DNA of 33,825 bases from a virus. Lineage: Duplodnaviria > Caudoviricetes. Numbering within the stretch: the first letter of the stretch is position 1; every line of letters begins with the position of its first letter. Shown here piece after piece: positions 25,641 to 33,825 of this stretch. The translations under genes were made by a program, and so were the position numbers. The stretch lies in the IMG/VR virus record IMGVR_UViG_3300049017_000038, positions 1 through 33,825 of that record; one strand, written 5' to 3'. The notes under the pieces are model-generated. The model had not been told where the DNA came from. It worked only from the letters and a program-made list of their open reading frames with translations, and did no database searches.

Positions 25641-27274
25641 AGTTCGTCGTCCTCGGTGTTGTTGGCGCTGGCCGGTTCTTTGGCGGCGGCGGGAGCGCCC
25701 TTCGTGTTGAATTCGAGGCCGTAGGACTCCATCAACTTCTTCTCGCGAGCGCGCTGTGCGAAGACCTTGCGGAAGTCGTCGCCCAGACGCGCGCATTCAG
25801 CTTCGTAGGTGGACAGGCCACCGTCGATGCGCAACAGGGCCGACTCCGTTTCCTTCTTCTCGTCGATCTGGCCGCGCGATGCGCCGATCCAGTTGCAGGC
25901 GCACAGGGCTTCCTTCAGCACCGGGTCGTAGAAGATGGACGCGTCGGCACCGGCCGGCAGCGGCAGGTTGCCGGCGCTCAGGTCTTCTTCGGTGTGCAGC
26001 ACGTAGACCGAAGTGGCGAACCTGTCGGCGACAACTTTTTTCCTGCTCGACATAAACTTCCACGTCTCGGCCATGCTGGCGCGAGCCGACGAGTAGTTCG
26101 TCTTCGTGTAGTCGCGTGAGAACTGTTCGTAGGACAGGCCCAGCGCAGCCGCGGTGTGGCGCAGCAGCGCTTGCTCGAAGTCCGTGCCGACGCCGCCCGG
26201 CGTACCCATAGGCTTCAAGTTCAGCTTCGTGCCGGGGAACAGGTGCGGAATCTTCGCGCCGTCCACGTTGATGTTCTGCGACGAGCCGACGTAGGCTTGC
26301 AGCGCGGTCATGTACTCGGCCATGGCGGGGTTCAGGCCATTGCCGCCAGCGCCGAGAGCGCGGTAGACCATCTCGCTCGGAAGCTCCGATTCAATCGCGG
26401 CGGCGTAGCTCGCGTTGACGACGGCGTTTTGCAACGTCACGTCTTGGAACTTCTTCGTCATCTTCATGTTCTTCAGGACCGACACCATGTCGGCCACGCC
26501 GCGAGTCTGGTCAACCTCGCGTTGCTCGACGATGTGGATCACCTGAAGACGGCCCCACGGCTTGCGCACGGGCACCTCTTTCCACTCCGCATAGCGCGGG
26601 TCGAAGATTTCGCCCGGATGCGCGATGCGAATGAAGTAGCTGACGGGTGCGCCGTACGAGTCCTTCTTCACACCACGGCGCAGGAAGCGGTCGTCCTGCC
26701 GGCCGTCAGGGTTGGACAGGCGGATCGGCGCGACCATCTGGATCGCGGTCTTGAAGGGACGGGTGCTCTGGCGAATCCACTCGGCCGTCGCGAGCACTTC
26801 GCCCGTCATGACGAAGCCGCCGACCGCCAGGCGGATCAGCCCGGTGAGCGTGTTCATGCGCGTCGCGTCGAACCAGTTCTCGTTCGAGTCGGACAGCAGG
26901 TTGAAGCGTGATTCGACTACCCGTTGGTACTCTTCGGCCCAGGCTTCGTCGAAGCCCTTGATGCCGCTGACACGTTGCAGCGTTTCCCAATCGGGCTGAG
27001 CGTTGAGCCGGTACTGCGATCCGACGATGCTGTCACGGTGCGTCGCGATGACGCCCGTCGCATAGCCGTCGTTCTCCACCATCTCGCGGCCACGGGCGTC
27101 GCCCACGTCCTTGTTCCGGTTGATCCGCATGTCCGCGGACTGCGTGTTCGGACTCCACAGGAACGTTTCACGGCTCGTGCGTTCCGCGCCTTCCGCGCCG
27201 CCGCCCATTGCGAGTTCACGGAGGGGCGAGCCATCCGCGTTTGCGACGATGGCTGGGAGCTTTTTGCGGCCCAT
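25637..27274 (-). CDS. Portal protein, lambda gpB family, 545 aa
   Basis: RGREMVENDGYA, PWGRLQVIH...QTRGV, GLSYEQFSRDYTKTNYSSARAS, WIG..RGQID..KE motifs. Start MGRKK at 27274, just after the gpW stop. Confidence 0.93.
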   Translation of the reverse strand: MGRKKLPAIVANADGSPLRELAMGGGAEGAERTSRETFLWSPNTQSADMRINRNKDVGDARGREMVENDGYATGVIATHRDSIVGSQYRLNAQPDWETLQRVSGIKGFDEAWAEEYQRVVESRFNLLSDSNENWFDATRMNTLTGLIRLAVGGFVMTGEVLATAEWIRQSTRPFKTAIQMVAPIRLSNPDGRQDDRFLRRGVKKDSYGAPVSYFIRIAHPGEIFDPRYAEWKEVPVRKPWGRLQVIHIVEQREVDQTRGVADMVSVLKNMKMTKKFQDVTLQNAVVNASYAAAIESELPSEMVYRALGAGGNGLNPAMAEYMTALQAYVGSSQNINVDGAKIPHLFPGTKLNLKPMGTPGGVGTDFEQALLRHTAAALGLSYEQFSRDYTKTNYSSARASMAETWKFMSSRKKVVADRFATSVYVLHTEEDLSAGNLPLPAGADASIFYDPVLKEALCACNWIGASRGQIDEKKETESALLRIDGGLSTYEAECARLGDDFRKVFAQRAREKKLMESYGLEFNTKGAPAAAKEPASANNTEDDEL

Positions 27275-27275
27275 G

Positions 27276-27500
27276 TCAGAACAAGAATTGCGCCGGACCA
27301 GGGTAGTGGTCGAGCGTGGCGTCGGGCAGTTGGGCTTTGAGATCGAGGATGTAGCGGTACAGGTCGGCTTTGTTGGCGGCGGTGAACTCCACACGCTGGC
27401 CGTTCTGATCGACGACAACGCGCGGCATCACACCCGTCTGAAGGTTGTGATACGCGCTCTCAGCTTCGCTCAGCTTCTCCGCGAGTGTCTGTGTTGCCAT
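27276..27500 (-). CDS. Head-tail adaptor gpW-like, 74 aa
   Basis: L.EAESAYHNLQTG...VVVDQNGQRVEFTAAN...L..YI..L; between TerL and portal. Confidence 0.85.
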   Translation of the reverse strand: MATQTLAEKLSEAESAYHNLQTGVMPRVVVDQNGQRVEFTAANKADLYRYILDLKAQLPDATLDHYPGPAQFLF

Positions 27501-27565
27501 GCCCCGTCCTGTCCTCTTTTTCCTGGCTCCACTTCGGGGTGACGACTCACCTTTTTGTGGAATTT

Positions 27566-29644
27566 CTAGCCAAGGCTTTTGCCGAATTCCGCGAAATCAT
27601 AACCGCCTTGCTGAGCCAAGGCAAATCTGCTAGGCGCCGCCGCCTGCCGCACCAAGTCGTTTTTGTCCCATTCCGCAGCCCAGGTCGGCGGGTTTTGCCA
27701 GTCAATGCTCTCGACGCGAACCATCTCGGACACGCACAAACCAACCATGTAATAGGCCAAGTCCCAGGCCTCGTTGCGGCGCTTGCCGGTCGGGTCTTCC
27801 CAGCCTTTGTCCGTCCGAATCTCGGCGCACAGTTCGGCGTAGAAGTTGTCGCCAAGCCAGTCGGGGAAGCGGAACATCCCCTGCCCTGGCACCAGCGATT
27901 CGAGCCGTCCGTTCAGTTCGTCCTTCAACAAGTTCGAGTTGAACATCAGCACAGGGATGTCGCCACGCGCGCCCGACTTCACGTCCTTGCGGCTGGAGTC
28001 GGGATACGCGATACGAGCGCGTGGGTTGCCAGGCTTCGGGTCGCCCTTCAGCAAGATGAAGCGACGGTGCTTGTTCTTCGCAACCAAGCTGCGATAGAAC
28101 TCGTATGCCTTGGTCGTCACGCCTTCTTTACCGCCCGAGTCACAACCTGTGACCTTGATCTGCATGAAGCGGCCACTGCCGTCCGCGAGTTCGTATTCCT
28201 TCTCGATCACGTGATCGATCAACTCGTCCCAATCTTCCACGTAGGTGTGCGGCTTCACCCATGCGGCGTCGCCGTCGCCGTCAGTGCGCTTGGACTTGCG
28301 AACATCGAAACGGTCGATCACCACGGAGTCGAACGGACGGCCCGGCAGGATTCCGAACACTTGCACGACCCACATGTTCTTTTGCACGTCGATCAGCGCG
28401 ACGAGGAAGCGCACGCCGTGCGGCACCTTACGCACCTCAGTCTCGGGCACACGCTCTGCGCGCGACTTCAGCACTTCGGGAAGGCGCAGGTTCTCCAACG
28501 ACTTGCGATAGTACGGCTCGCCCAGGTCGTTGTTGTAGAACTTGCGCAGCGCGTCTTCCGAGCCCGTGCGCTCGAAGTCGTCCATTGCATCGAGGTACGT
28601 GGCGACGAGAGTCTTCCAGTTGGTGAATACCGCCGCGACGCCGTTCTGCCAGAACGACGCGATCATCGTGCGCGGCTCGGGACCGAACACGCGGCCGATC
28701 TCGTCGATGCCCTGCCCGTCCTTGACCCACTGGCCCCAAAAGTTCATGTCTTCGCGGTCGTCGGGATGAATCTTGTGATCGCAATGCGGGCATTGCATGC
28801 GAGTCGTCTCGGCCACTTCGAGATTGGTCTGCCCTTCACGCCGCTCGTAGTTCAGGTGCTTGAAGTTTCCCTCGAAGTAGCCGTTGCACTTCGGGCACGG
28901 CCAGTACCAACGGCGACGATCCCCGCGGTTGTAGAGCGCCAAGATGCCCTTCGCTGGCGGCGCTTCGTGGGCAGTGCGGCGTACCCACATGATCGACGGG
29001 TCCACCTCGCGCGACGGTGACGACTCAGCGACGACCTTGCCGTAACTGCCGAAACTGCGCGTGCGCGCCATCGCCAGGTCGAACCCTTCGCCAGCACCCT
29101 CAACGTCATCCGGCATGCGGTCACGATCCGTCAAGATCATGCGCGGGATCGGCTTGCCGGCAAGCTGCGACTCAGTAGGCCAGCCGATGGTGAAGAGCAC
29201 GCCGTTGCGGTACTGCTTGTCGAACTTGTTATCCGCATCGGCCGTGGGCAGCAACATCTCGCCGATCTCAGGGCTGTGTTTGTGCAGCCGGTCCACGCGA
29301 CGCATCGAGAAGTCTCGACCGTCCACCATCGTCGGGCACACCAGCATCAGGTCCATCGGATCGACCTTGACGCTGTAGGCCAGCGTGTTGATGCACAACG
29401 AATCCGTTTTGCCTGACTGCGCCGGGCCGACGAAGACCAGGCCGCGGTACTGGCGGGCCGTGAACTCGTTCATCGGCTCAACCATCATCGGCGCCATGGA
29501 ATTCAGCCACGGCCCGACGTAGGAGCCGGGGTTGTTCACGTAGCGGTACTTCGCTGCTGCTTCAGACACCGACAAGCGCTCGGGCGGTTGCAAGATGTCT
29601 GCGACATCGCAGATCAAGTCGCCAAGCGACTCATAGGTCGCCAT
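27566..29644 (-). CDS. terL: Terminase large subunit, lambda gpA family, 692 aa
   Basis: Walker A GPAQSGKT, ESSP, RGDRRRWYWPCPKC...CPHC, IDVQ, CDSGG, RNEAWDL motifs. Confidence 0.95.
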   Translation of the reverse strand: MATYESLGDLICDVADILQPPERLSVSEAAAKYRYVNNPGSYVGPWLNSMAPMMVEPMNEFTARQYRGLVFVGPAQSGKTDSLCINTLAYSVKVDPMDLMLVCPTMVDGRDFSMRRVDRLHKHSPEIGEMLLPTADADNKFDKQYRNGVLFTIGWPTESQLAGKPIPRMILTDRDRMPDDVEGAGEGFDLAMARTRSFGSYGKVVAESSPSREVDPSIMWVRRTAHEAPPAKGILALYNRGDRRRWYWPCPKCNGYFEGNFKHLNYERREGQTNLEVAETTRMQCPHCDHKIHPDDREDMNFWGQWVKDGQGIDEIGRVFGPEPRTMIASFWQNGVAAVFTNWKTLVATYLDAMDDFERTGSEDALRKFYNNDLGEPYYRKSLENLRLPEVLKSRAERVPETEVRKVPHGVRFLVALIDVQKNMWVVQVFGILPGRPFDSVVIDRFDVRKSKRTDGDGDAAWVKPHTYVEDWDELIDHVIEKEYELADGSGRFMQIKVTGCDSGGKEGVTTKAYEFYRSLVAKNKHRRFILLKGDPKPGNPRARIAYPDSSRKDVKSGARGDIPVLMFNSNLLKDELNGRLESLVPGQGMFRFPDWLGDNFYAELCAEIRTDKGWEDPTGKRRNEAWDLAYYMVGLCVSEMVRVESIDWQNPPTWAAEWDKNDLVRQAAAPSRFALAQQGGYDFAEFGKSLG

Positions 29645-30185
29645 CGTCTTCCTCCATCTTCGCTTCTTTTTGCGCTTCCAGAACGAGCCGTCGATAGTCG
29701 CGCACCATGCCGTCCGCGTGCTGCTTGATCAGGTCACGTTGTCGGTCGGTTAACTCCACTTGGCGTTCCACCGTGTCCACCATCAGCTTCGCAGACATGC
29801 TGACCAACTTGAACAGTTCGCCGATGGTCTTCACCACCTTTTGCGTCGGCCACAGTTCGCCTTCCTTCAGCATGTATTCCTGGCGCGAGCGCAGGCCGGC
29901 CCAATACTCTTTCGTGAGCGACTTGGGTAGATCGTTGTGATTGAGCCGCATCATCGCGGCGTCCACCTGTTCCTCGGTCAGCTTGCCCATGCGCGCGGCG
30001 ACTTCAGCCACGTCGTAGATCGCAGCGTTGCCTCGCTTGCCGACCGGCTGGATGCCGTACATCTTCTCTTTGAGAATCCGGTCATCGACCTTGAATAGGA
30101 TCGACAACTGCGACATGTTCGCGCCCTTGTAGAGGATTGACGCACCCTCTTCGTCCAGCGTGGACGCTGCGTTAGCTCTTCCCAT
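29631..30185 (-). CDS. terS: Terminase small subunit (DUF1441/Nu1-like), 184 aa
   Basis: N-terminal wHTH-like segment, DLPKSLTKEYWAG..SRQ.Y....GELW.T motif; overlaps the TerL start. Confidence 0.82.
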   Translation of the reverse strand: MGRANAASTLDEEGASILYKGANMSQLSILFKVDDRILKEKMYGIQPVGKRGNAAIYDVAEVAARMGKLTEEQVDAAMMRLNHNDLPKSLTKEYWAGLRSRQEYMLKEGELWPTQKVVKTIGELFKLVSMSAKLMVDTVERQVELTDRQRDLIKQHADGMVRDYRRLVLEAQKEAKMEEDDGDL

Positions 30186-30426
30186 GGCAATACTCCAGAA
30201 TGAACTCGGCGAGCAGGCGCGCGTCCACGCGCATCAACTGCTCGACGTGTTGCTTGTGATACTTGGGAACCGGACGCAGACCAGATCGGTACTGCGCGTA
30301 GGTGGCATAGGCGCAACCGATCAGACGAGAGGCAGCGACCGGGCCGATGCCCGCGTGCTTCTCGAACGCGATCAAATTTCGATCCACCTGAGCCCCTATG
30401 TGCATTGCACTTATGGCCCTGATCAT
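30172..30426 (-). CDS. Small HTH DNA-binding protein upstream of TerS; true start may be GTG 30387
   Basis: GIGPVAASRLIGCAYATYAQYRSG.R.VP fits an XRE-like HTH; AGGGG lies before GTG 30387. Confidence 0.65.
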   Translation of the reverse strand: MIRAISAMHIGAQVDRNLIAFEKHAGIGPVAASRLIGCAYATYAQYRSGLRPVPKYHKQHVEQLMRVDARLLAEFILEYCHGKS

Positions 30427-30474
30427 AGCTCATCCGTTCAGATGCCTGTCAATGTGGATGCGTGGTGGAAAGTT

Positions 30475-30711
30475 TGTGCCGCCAGGTGTGCCAGCGTTTT
30501 GCTATCTATTTGATAGCAAAGGGATTTTCTGAGTTCACGCTGTACTCGGTCATCGGGCTGTGATTATTCTTTCCGCGACCTAAGTCCCTGATTTCACTCG
30601 CGCCACTCGTCGGACGGCCTGCACGTTGCGACATTTTTCGGCTCGCATAAGTGCCTGATTCCATTCATCGTCACTTCAGGCGATTTACCGCACTGTGCCA
30701 ATCGTGTGCCA
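30475..30711. other. Putative attP region: arm repeats, IHF-like sites, candidate core at ~30540-30560
   Basis: TGTGCC(A) direct-repeat pairs at 30475/30487 and 30694/30705; WATCARNNNNTTR matches on the minus strand at 30581-30593 and 30648-30660; immediately upstream of int. Confidence 0.65.
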
Positions 30712-30747
30712 TGCGTTACCTTGAGAACTCCACTGGAGAAGGGACAC

Positions 30748-31797
30748 ATGGGCACGATCAAGAAGCGCGGCGACAAGTACAGAGGCATGGTCCGCAAGAC
30801 GGGCTTCCGAGCACGATACAAGACATTCGCAACGTCGAAAGCAGCGAAGGAATGGGTCGCCGATGTCGAGCGCGATCTGCGCAACAGCATCCCCACCGAT
30901 CCCAACATCCAGATCGTAAAGTTGATCTCGATCTACGTCAGCGAGATCGCACCGAAGCGCCGCGGGCTTGCACCAAGTCACCTCAAGCACGACGTGCCTG
31001 CCATCCAGAAAAAGTTCGTCAACATGAAGATGCGCGACCTTCAGGGCGACGGCCTAGTCGATTGGGTGTTCCGTGAGAACTTGAGCGGGCCGACCACGGG
31101 TTGGCACATCAATCGTCTCTTCGGCGTGTTGAAGCAATGCGAACTGGCGTTGAAGGTCCGCGTGCCTTGGCAAGACATGCGGCGCTGCTATGAAAACCTG
31201 AAGGAAGGTGGCTACATCACACCAGCACGCATTCGCGAGCGTCGCATCAGCGACGTGGAGTTGGACAGGATGAAAGCCAAGTTGTCGCCGACCACGGCAA
31301 CATGGGCATGCGATCTCTTCGACTTCGCCGTGACGACGGCCATGCGCATCAGCGAGATATGCCGCATCACGTGGGAAGACTTCGACGAGGAAAGGCGCAC
31401 GGTCATCATCCGCGACCGTAAGCATCCCAGGAAGAAGATCGGCAACCACAAGGTCGTGCCGCTGCTCAGCGAAGCGTTCGAGATCGTGCTGCGCCAACGC
31501 GGCATGCGCTATCGCAAGGACAAGAAGATCAAGGACCGTATCTTCCCGCGCTTGCCGACACACGTGTCTCGGCTCTTTCACGACGCCGCGACGGATGCCG
31601 GCATCAAAGACGTGGTGCTGCACGATCTGCGGCACGAGGGGATCAGCAGGTTGTTCGAGCTAGGCTTCCAGATTCAGGAAGTCGCGCTGATCTCAGGGCA
31701 CGAGGACTGGAAGATGTTGCGTAGATACACACACTTGCGGCCGGCGACGCTGATCGAGCGGGAGCGCCAATTGCGGGCAGTACAGGTCGCGGCTTGA
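30748..31797 (+). CDS. int: Tyrosine integrase (Rci-like / dusA-associated-integrase-like), 349 aa
   Basis: GGAG RBS before MGTIKKRG; catalytic set TAMRISE (R), RDRKHP (K), HDLRHEG (HxxR), SGH, RRYTH (Y). Confidence 0.93.
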   Translation: MGTIKKRGDKYRGMVRKTGFRARYKTFATSKAAKEWVADVERDLRNSIPTDPNIQIVKLISIYVSEIAPKRRGLAPSHLKHDVPAIQKKFVNMKMRDLQGDGLVDWVFRENLSGPTTGWHINRLFGVLKQCELALKVRVPWQDMRRCYENLKEGGYITPARIRERRISDVELDRMKAKLSPTTATWACDLFDFAVTTAMRISEICRITWEDFDEERRTVIIRDRKHPRKKIGNHKVVPLLSEAFEIVLRQRGMRYRKDKKIKDRIFPRLPTHVSRLFHDAATDAGIKDVVLHDLRHEGISRLFELGFQIQEVALISGHEDWKMLRRYTHLRPATLIERERQLRAVQVAA

Positions 31798-31798
31798 G

Positions 31799-31860
31799 AA
31801 AAATACGGGCGTCGCCAACTGGAGGAGACTTGCATGACGCCGATTTGCGGCGACGCCCGT
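31799..31860 (-). terminator. Hairpin/terminator between the convergent int and xis-like genes
   Basis: Perfect 12-bp inverted repeat ACGGGCGTCGCC (31805-31816) / GGCGACGCCCGT (31849-31860), followed on the minus strand by ATTTTT. Confidence 0.55.
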
Positions 31861-31950
31861 GGCGTGAGCCAAAGATGGTCTGAAAGAAACCGCCCGGTGC
31901 CCCGGTCAAAGCAACGAGCAGCGCGATTATCCGCCTCAGCAGTACGCGCG

Positions 31951-32175
31951 TCAACTACCTGTGGATTGGCCCATTGAACGAAGCCCCTTCTCGCGCATGC
32001 CGCGGAAGTAGGCCGCGTGGACTTCCTTGTCGATGACCCACAGCTTGCCGACCTTGTACGTCGGCACGTCGAACGTCTCGGCGTGAATCTTGTTCTTCGC
32101 CGTTTCGTAGGTCACGCCGTACATCGCGCACACGTCGCGCACAGCAACCCACGGCACTTCCAAGTTCGTCGTCAT
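31951..32175 (-). CDS. Excisionase-like / PrtN-like small wHTH protein, 74 aa
   Basis: MTTNLEVPWVAVRDVCAMYGVTYETAKNKIHAETFDVPTYKVGKLWVID; ATGA overlap with the regulator stop; convergent with int. Corresponds to the C-terminus of track ORF 31951..32709. Confidence 0.72.
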   Translation of the reverse strand: MTTNLEVPWVAVRDVCAMYGVTYETAKNKIHAETFDVPTYKVGKLWVIDKEVHAAYFRGMREKGLRSMGQSTGS

Positions 32176-32855
32176 GCGATTTCCTCGAACGTCTTGATCT
32201 TCGGCCACTGCGCACTCCCGGTCATGAAGCGGTTCGCGTCCACCTTCGAGATGGTGAGCGAGAACAACCCTGTCTTGCGAGCCTTGTATTCCTCGATCAT
32301 CGGCAGCGGCATATCGAGGAATTGGAACTTGCCTTGCCCCATCGGCAACACGGCGATGCTGCGCACGTCGCGATATTCCTTGGGCAGCAGCACCTCGAAG
32401 GTGTCCTTGCCCACCTCGCGCGCAAGGGCCACGTGGATCGGGTACACCGACCCGCGCATCGTCGCGTAGAAGTCCACGTAGCCGCGGCGCGGATCGTTCG
32501 GGCTGGGCTCGCCGCAGTGCCCACCGGCCAGGAGGATCATGCCGAAGACGATGTGGACGGCACCGTTCGATTCCTTGGCGTGCAGCCGGCGCTCGCGCGG
32601 ATTCATCTCGGGTGAGATGCCGTAAGCGAGCCACGATTGATCGACTTCGAGCAGTTCGGCCAGAAGTGCCATCTTGTCCGGCTTGGGCATTGCAACGCCC
32701 TTGAACCACTTGCTGACCGCCTCGGGCGCCAGCTTCAGCCGATCCGCTATGAATTGCTGCCGGCCTTGGCCGGGCAGCGGGATGATCTTCGACTCGTCAC
32801 ATGCCTGCTTCAGCCTTGCTACGAAGGCCGACCTGAACTCGGGCGTTGAGCCCAT
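32172..32855 (-). CDS. XRE-family HTH regulator (repressor candidate), 227 aa
   Basis: GGAG RBS before MGSTPEF; F..RLKQAC...GRQQFIADRLKLAPEAVSKWFKG.AMP.PDKM..LAELL.VD..WLAYG. Confidence 0.85.
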   Translation of the reverse strand: MGSTPEFRSAFVARLKQACDESKIIPLPGQGRQQFIADRLKLAPEAVSKWFKGVAMPKPDKMALLAELLEVDQSWLAYGISPEMNPRERRLHAKESNGAVHIVFGMILLAGGHCGEPSPNDPRRGYVDFYATMRGSVYPIHVALAREVGKDTFEVLLPKEYRDVRSIAVLPMGQGKFQFLDMPLPMIEEYKARKTGLFSLTISKVDANRFMTGSAQWPKIKTFEEIA

Positions 32856-32964
32856 CGCGAGTGCTCCGACGTTTGGCAACGGTGAAACACTATCACAGGC
32901 GATTCCACATATGGTGGACTTTTTAACCTTCGTCGCGGCATACAACACACACCACCCTTCACAG

Positions 32965-33825
32965 TCACAAGTCGTCGGTAGATGGTTCCTTCACTGTTTT
33001 TGTTCGGTATCGAACCAACTTCTTTAGCAGTGTGAACAGTCGGTCTTGCGCGTCTTCCTTGATAGATAGCGCCTGCCAAACGGCGTAATCCAACGTTCCA
33101 ACGGCAAGCAGCAACTGGACGACGACAGGATGCCGTTGACCTTGACGTGCTAACCGACCGATCAACTGGAGGAAGAGTTCGAGCGACCAGGGGATGTCGA
33201 AGAACACCAGGTGATGCCCGCCCTTCTGCATGTTCAATCCGTGCCCTCCGCTCTGCGGGTGAATCAGCAGGATCGGGATTTTGCCGGCGTTCCATTTTTT
33301 GACGCACTTGCCTTCGCGGTCCATCACGACGGCTTCAGGGAACGTTTTGCGCAGCCGGTCGAGCGACGACTTGAAGTGGTAGGCGATCATGAGCGGTTGC
33401 CCCTGTGCCTCTTCTACGATCTCCTGTAAGGCCTCGATCTTCTTGTCGTGGATCGCGTGGACCTTCTTAACCTTCAACGTGTCGCCGGTAGCGTCGTCCA
33501 AGAAGTTCTGCGTCTCGTAGAGGACGCCGCTGGCAATCTGCAACAGCTTCTGCGACAGCGCCGCCGCCGTCTCCGCTTCGATCTCACTGCCGTCGTCGAG
33601 CGTGACGATGAAGTCGTCCTGCATGCGCTTGTAGATCGACATCTCGTGGGCACCGAGATGCACCGGCCGCGGCACGATGACCGGCTTCTCAAGATTGAGA
33701 TAGTCTTCGGCCTTCATGACGAGGCAGATGTCGGCGATCTTCGCGAGGATTTCGTGTTCAGCGTCGGGTCGAAGCGTGTACTTGCGGCTCCACTGGCTGT
33801 AGGTGAAATAGCGGTTGCGGTACTG
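32965..33825 (-). CDS. SNF2-family helicase, C-terminal part; 5' end lies beyond the window
   Basis: Frame open to the window edge (QYRNRYFTYSQWSRKY...); KLLQIASG, WNAGKIPILLIHPQSGGHGLNMQ, WSLELFLQLIGRLARQGQ motifs. Confidence 0.92.
   Translation of the reverse strand, partial: QYRNRYFTYSQWSRKYTLRPDAEHEILAKIADICLVMKAEDYLNLEKPVIVPRPVHLGAHEMSIYKRMQDDFIVTLDDGSEIEAETAAALSQKLLQIASGVLYETQNFLDDATGDTLKVKKVHAIHDKKIEALQEIVEEAQGQPLMIAYHFKSSLDRLRKTFPEAVVMDREGKCVKKWNAGKIPILLIHPQSGGHGLNMQKGGHHLVFFDIPWSLELFLQLIGRLARQGQRHPVVVQLLLAVGTLDYAVWQALSIKEDAQDRLFTLLKKLVRYRTKTVKEPSTDDL

Noticed and set aside
22312-27418. Track's extended starts for the post-capsid gene (22956), MCP (24098), protease (25796) and portal (27418)
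   Set aside because: They overlap upstream genes extensively; the downstream ATGs have an RBS or stop-start coupling.
7190-29020. Many long plus-strand ORFs (e.g. 7190..8581, 15002..16393, 27485..29020)
   Set aside because: Antisense shadows of high-GC minus-strand genes with no recognisable motifs.
1-31797. Shufflon (Rci-like recombinase plus multiple fibre genes)
   Set aside because: All fibre modules share one orientation, no inverted sfx-like repeats or silent C-terminal cassettes were seen, and the recombinase has an attP-like region and an Xis-like neighbour.
1-33825. CRISPR array, tRNA/rRNA, IS element, intron or intein
   Set aside because: No spaced repeats, cloverleaf, transposase or splice motifs were noticed by eye; tRNAscan/Infernal would be needed to exclude small RNAs formally.

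Overview
This window is about 34 kb of a long-tailed temperate siphophage genome with Chi/Nazgul-like (Casjensviridae-type) gene order and high GC, consistent with a proteobacterial host. Almost everything is on the minus strand. Read right to left it holds: the 3' part of an SNF2 helicase; a lysogeny module (XRE-HTH regulator, coupled Xis/PrtN-like gene, convergent tyrosine integrase, intact attP-like region); a small HTH gene; a lambda-like packaging and head module (TerS, TerL/gpA, gpW, portal, S49 protease with nested scaffold, decoration protein, major capsid); tail genes (tube, chaperone with -1 frameshift, 1435-aa tape measure, distal and tip proteins); a DUF2793 adaptor plus a triple-LamG fibre; GH19 endolysin with embedded Rz/Rz1 spanins and no visible holin; and a post-lysis cluster of probable virion appendage proteins running off the left edge. 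Highlights: (1) an attP-like region whose core resembles the dusA APMxDW codons and is crossed by an in-frame mini-ORF that could supply a new 5' end to the host gene; (2) three repeated 'socket protein + peptide-tagged lectin' gene pairs; (3) a one-base break splitting a tail gene; (4) domain insertions in conserved tail proteins. All family assignments come from motif recognition and synteny, not database searches.
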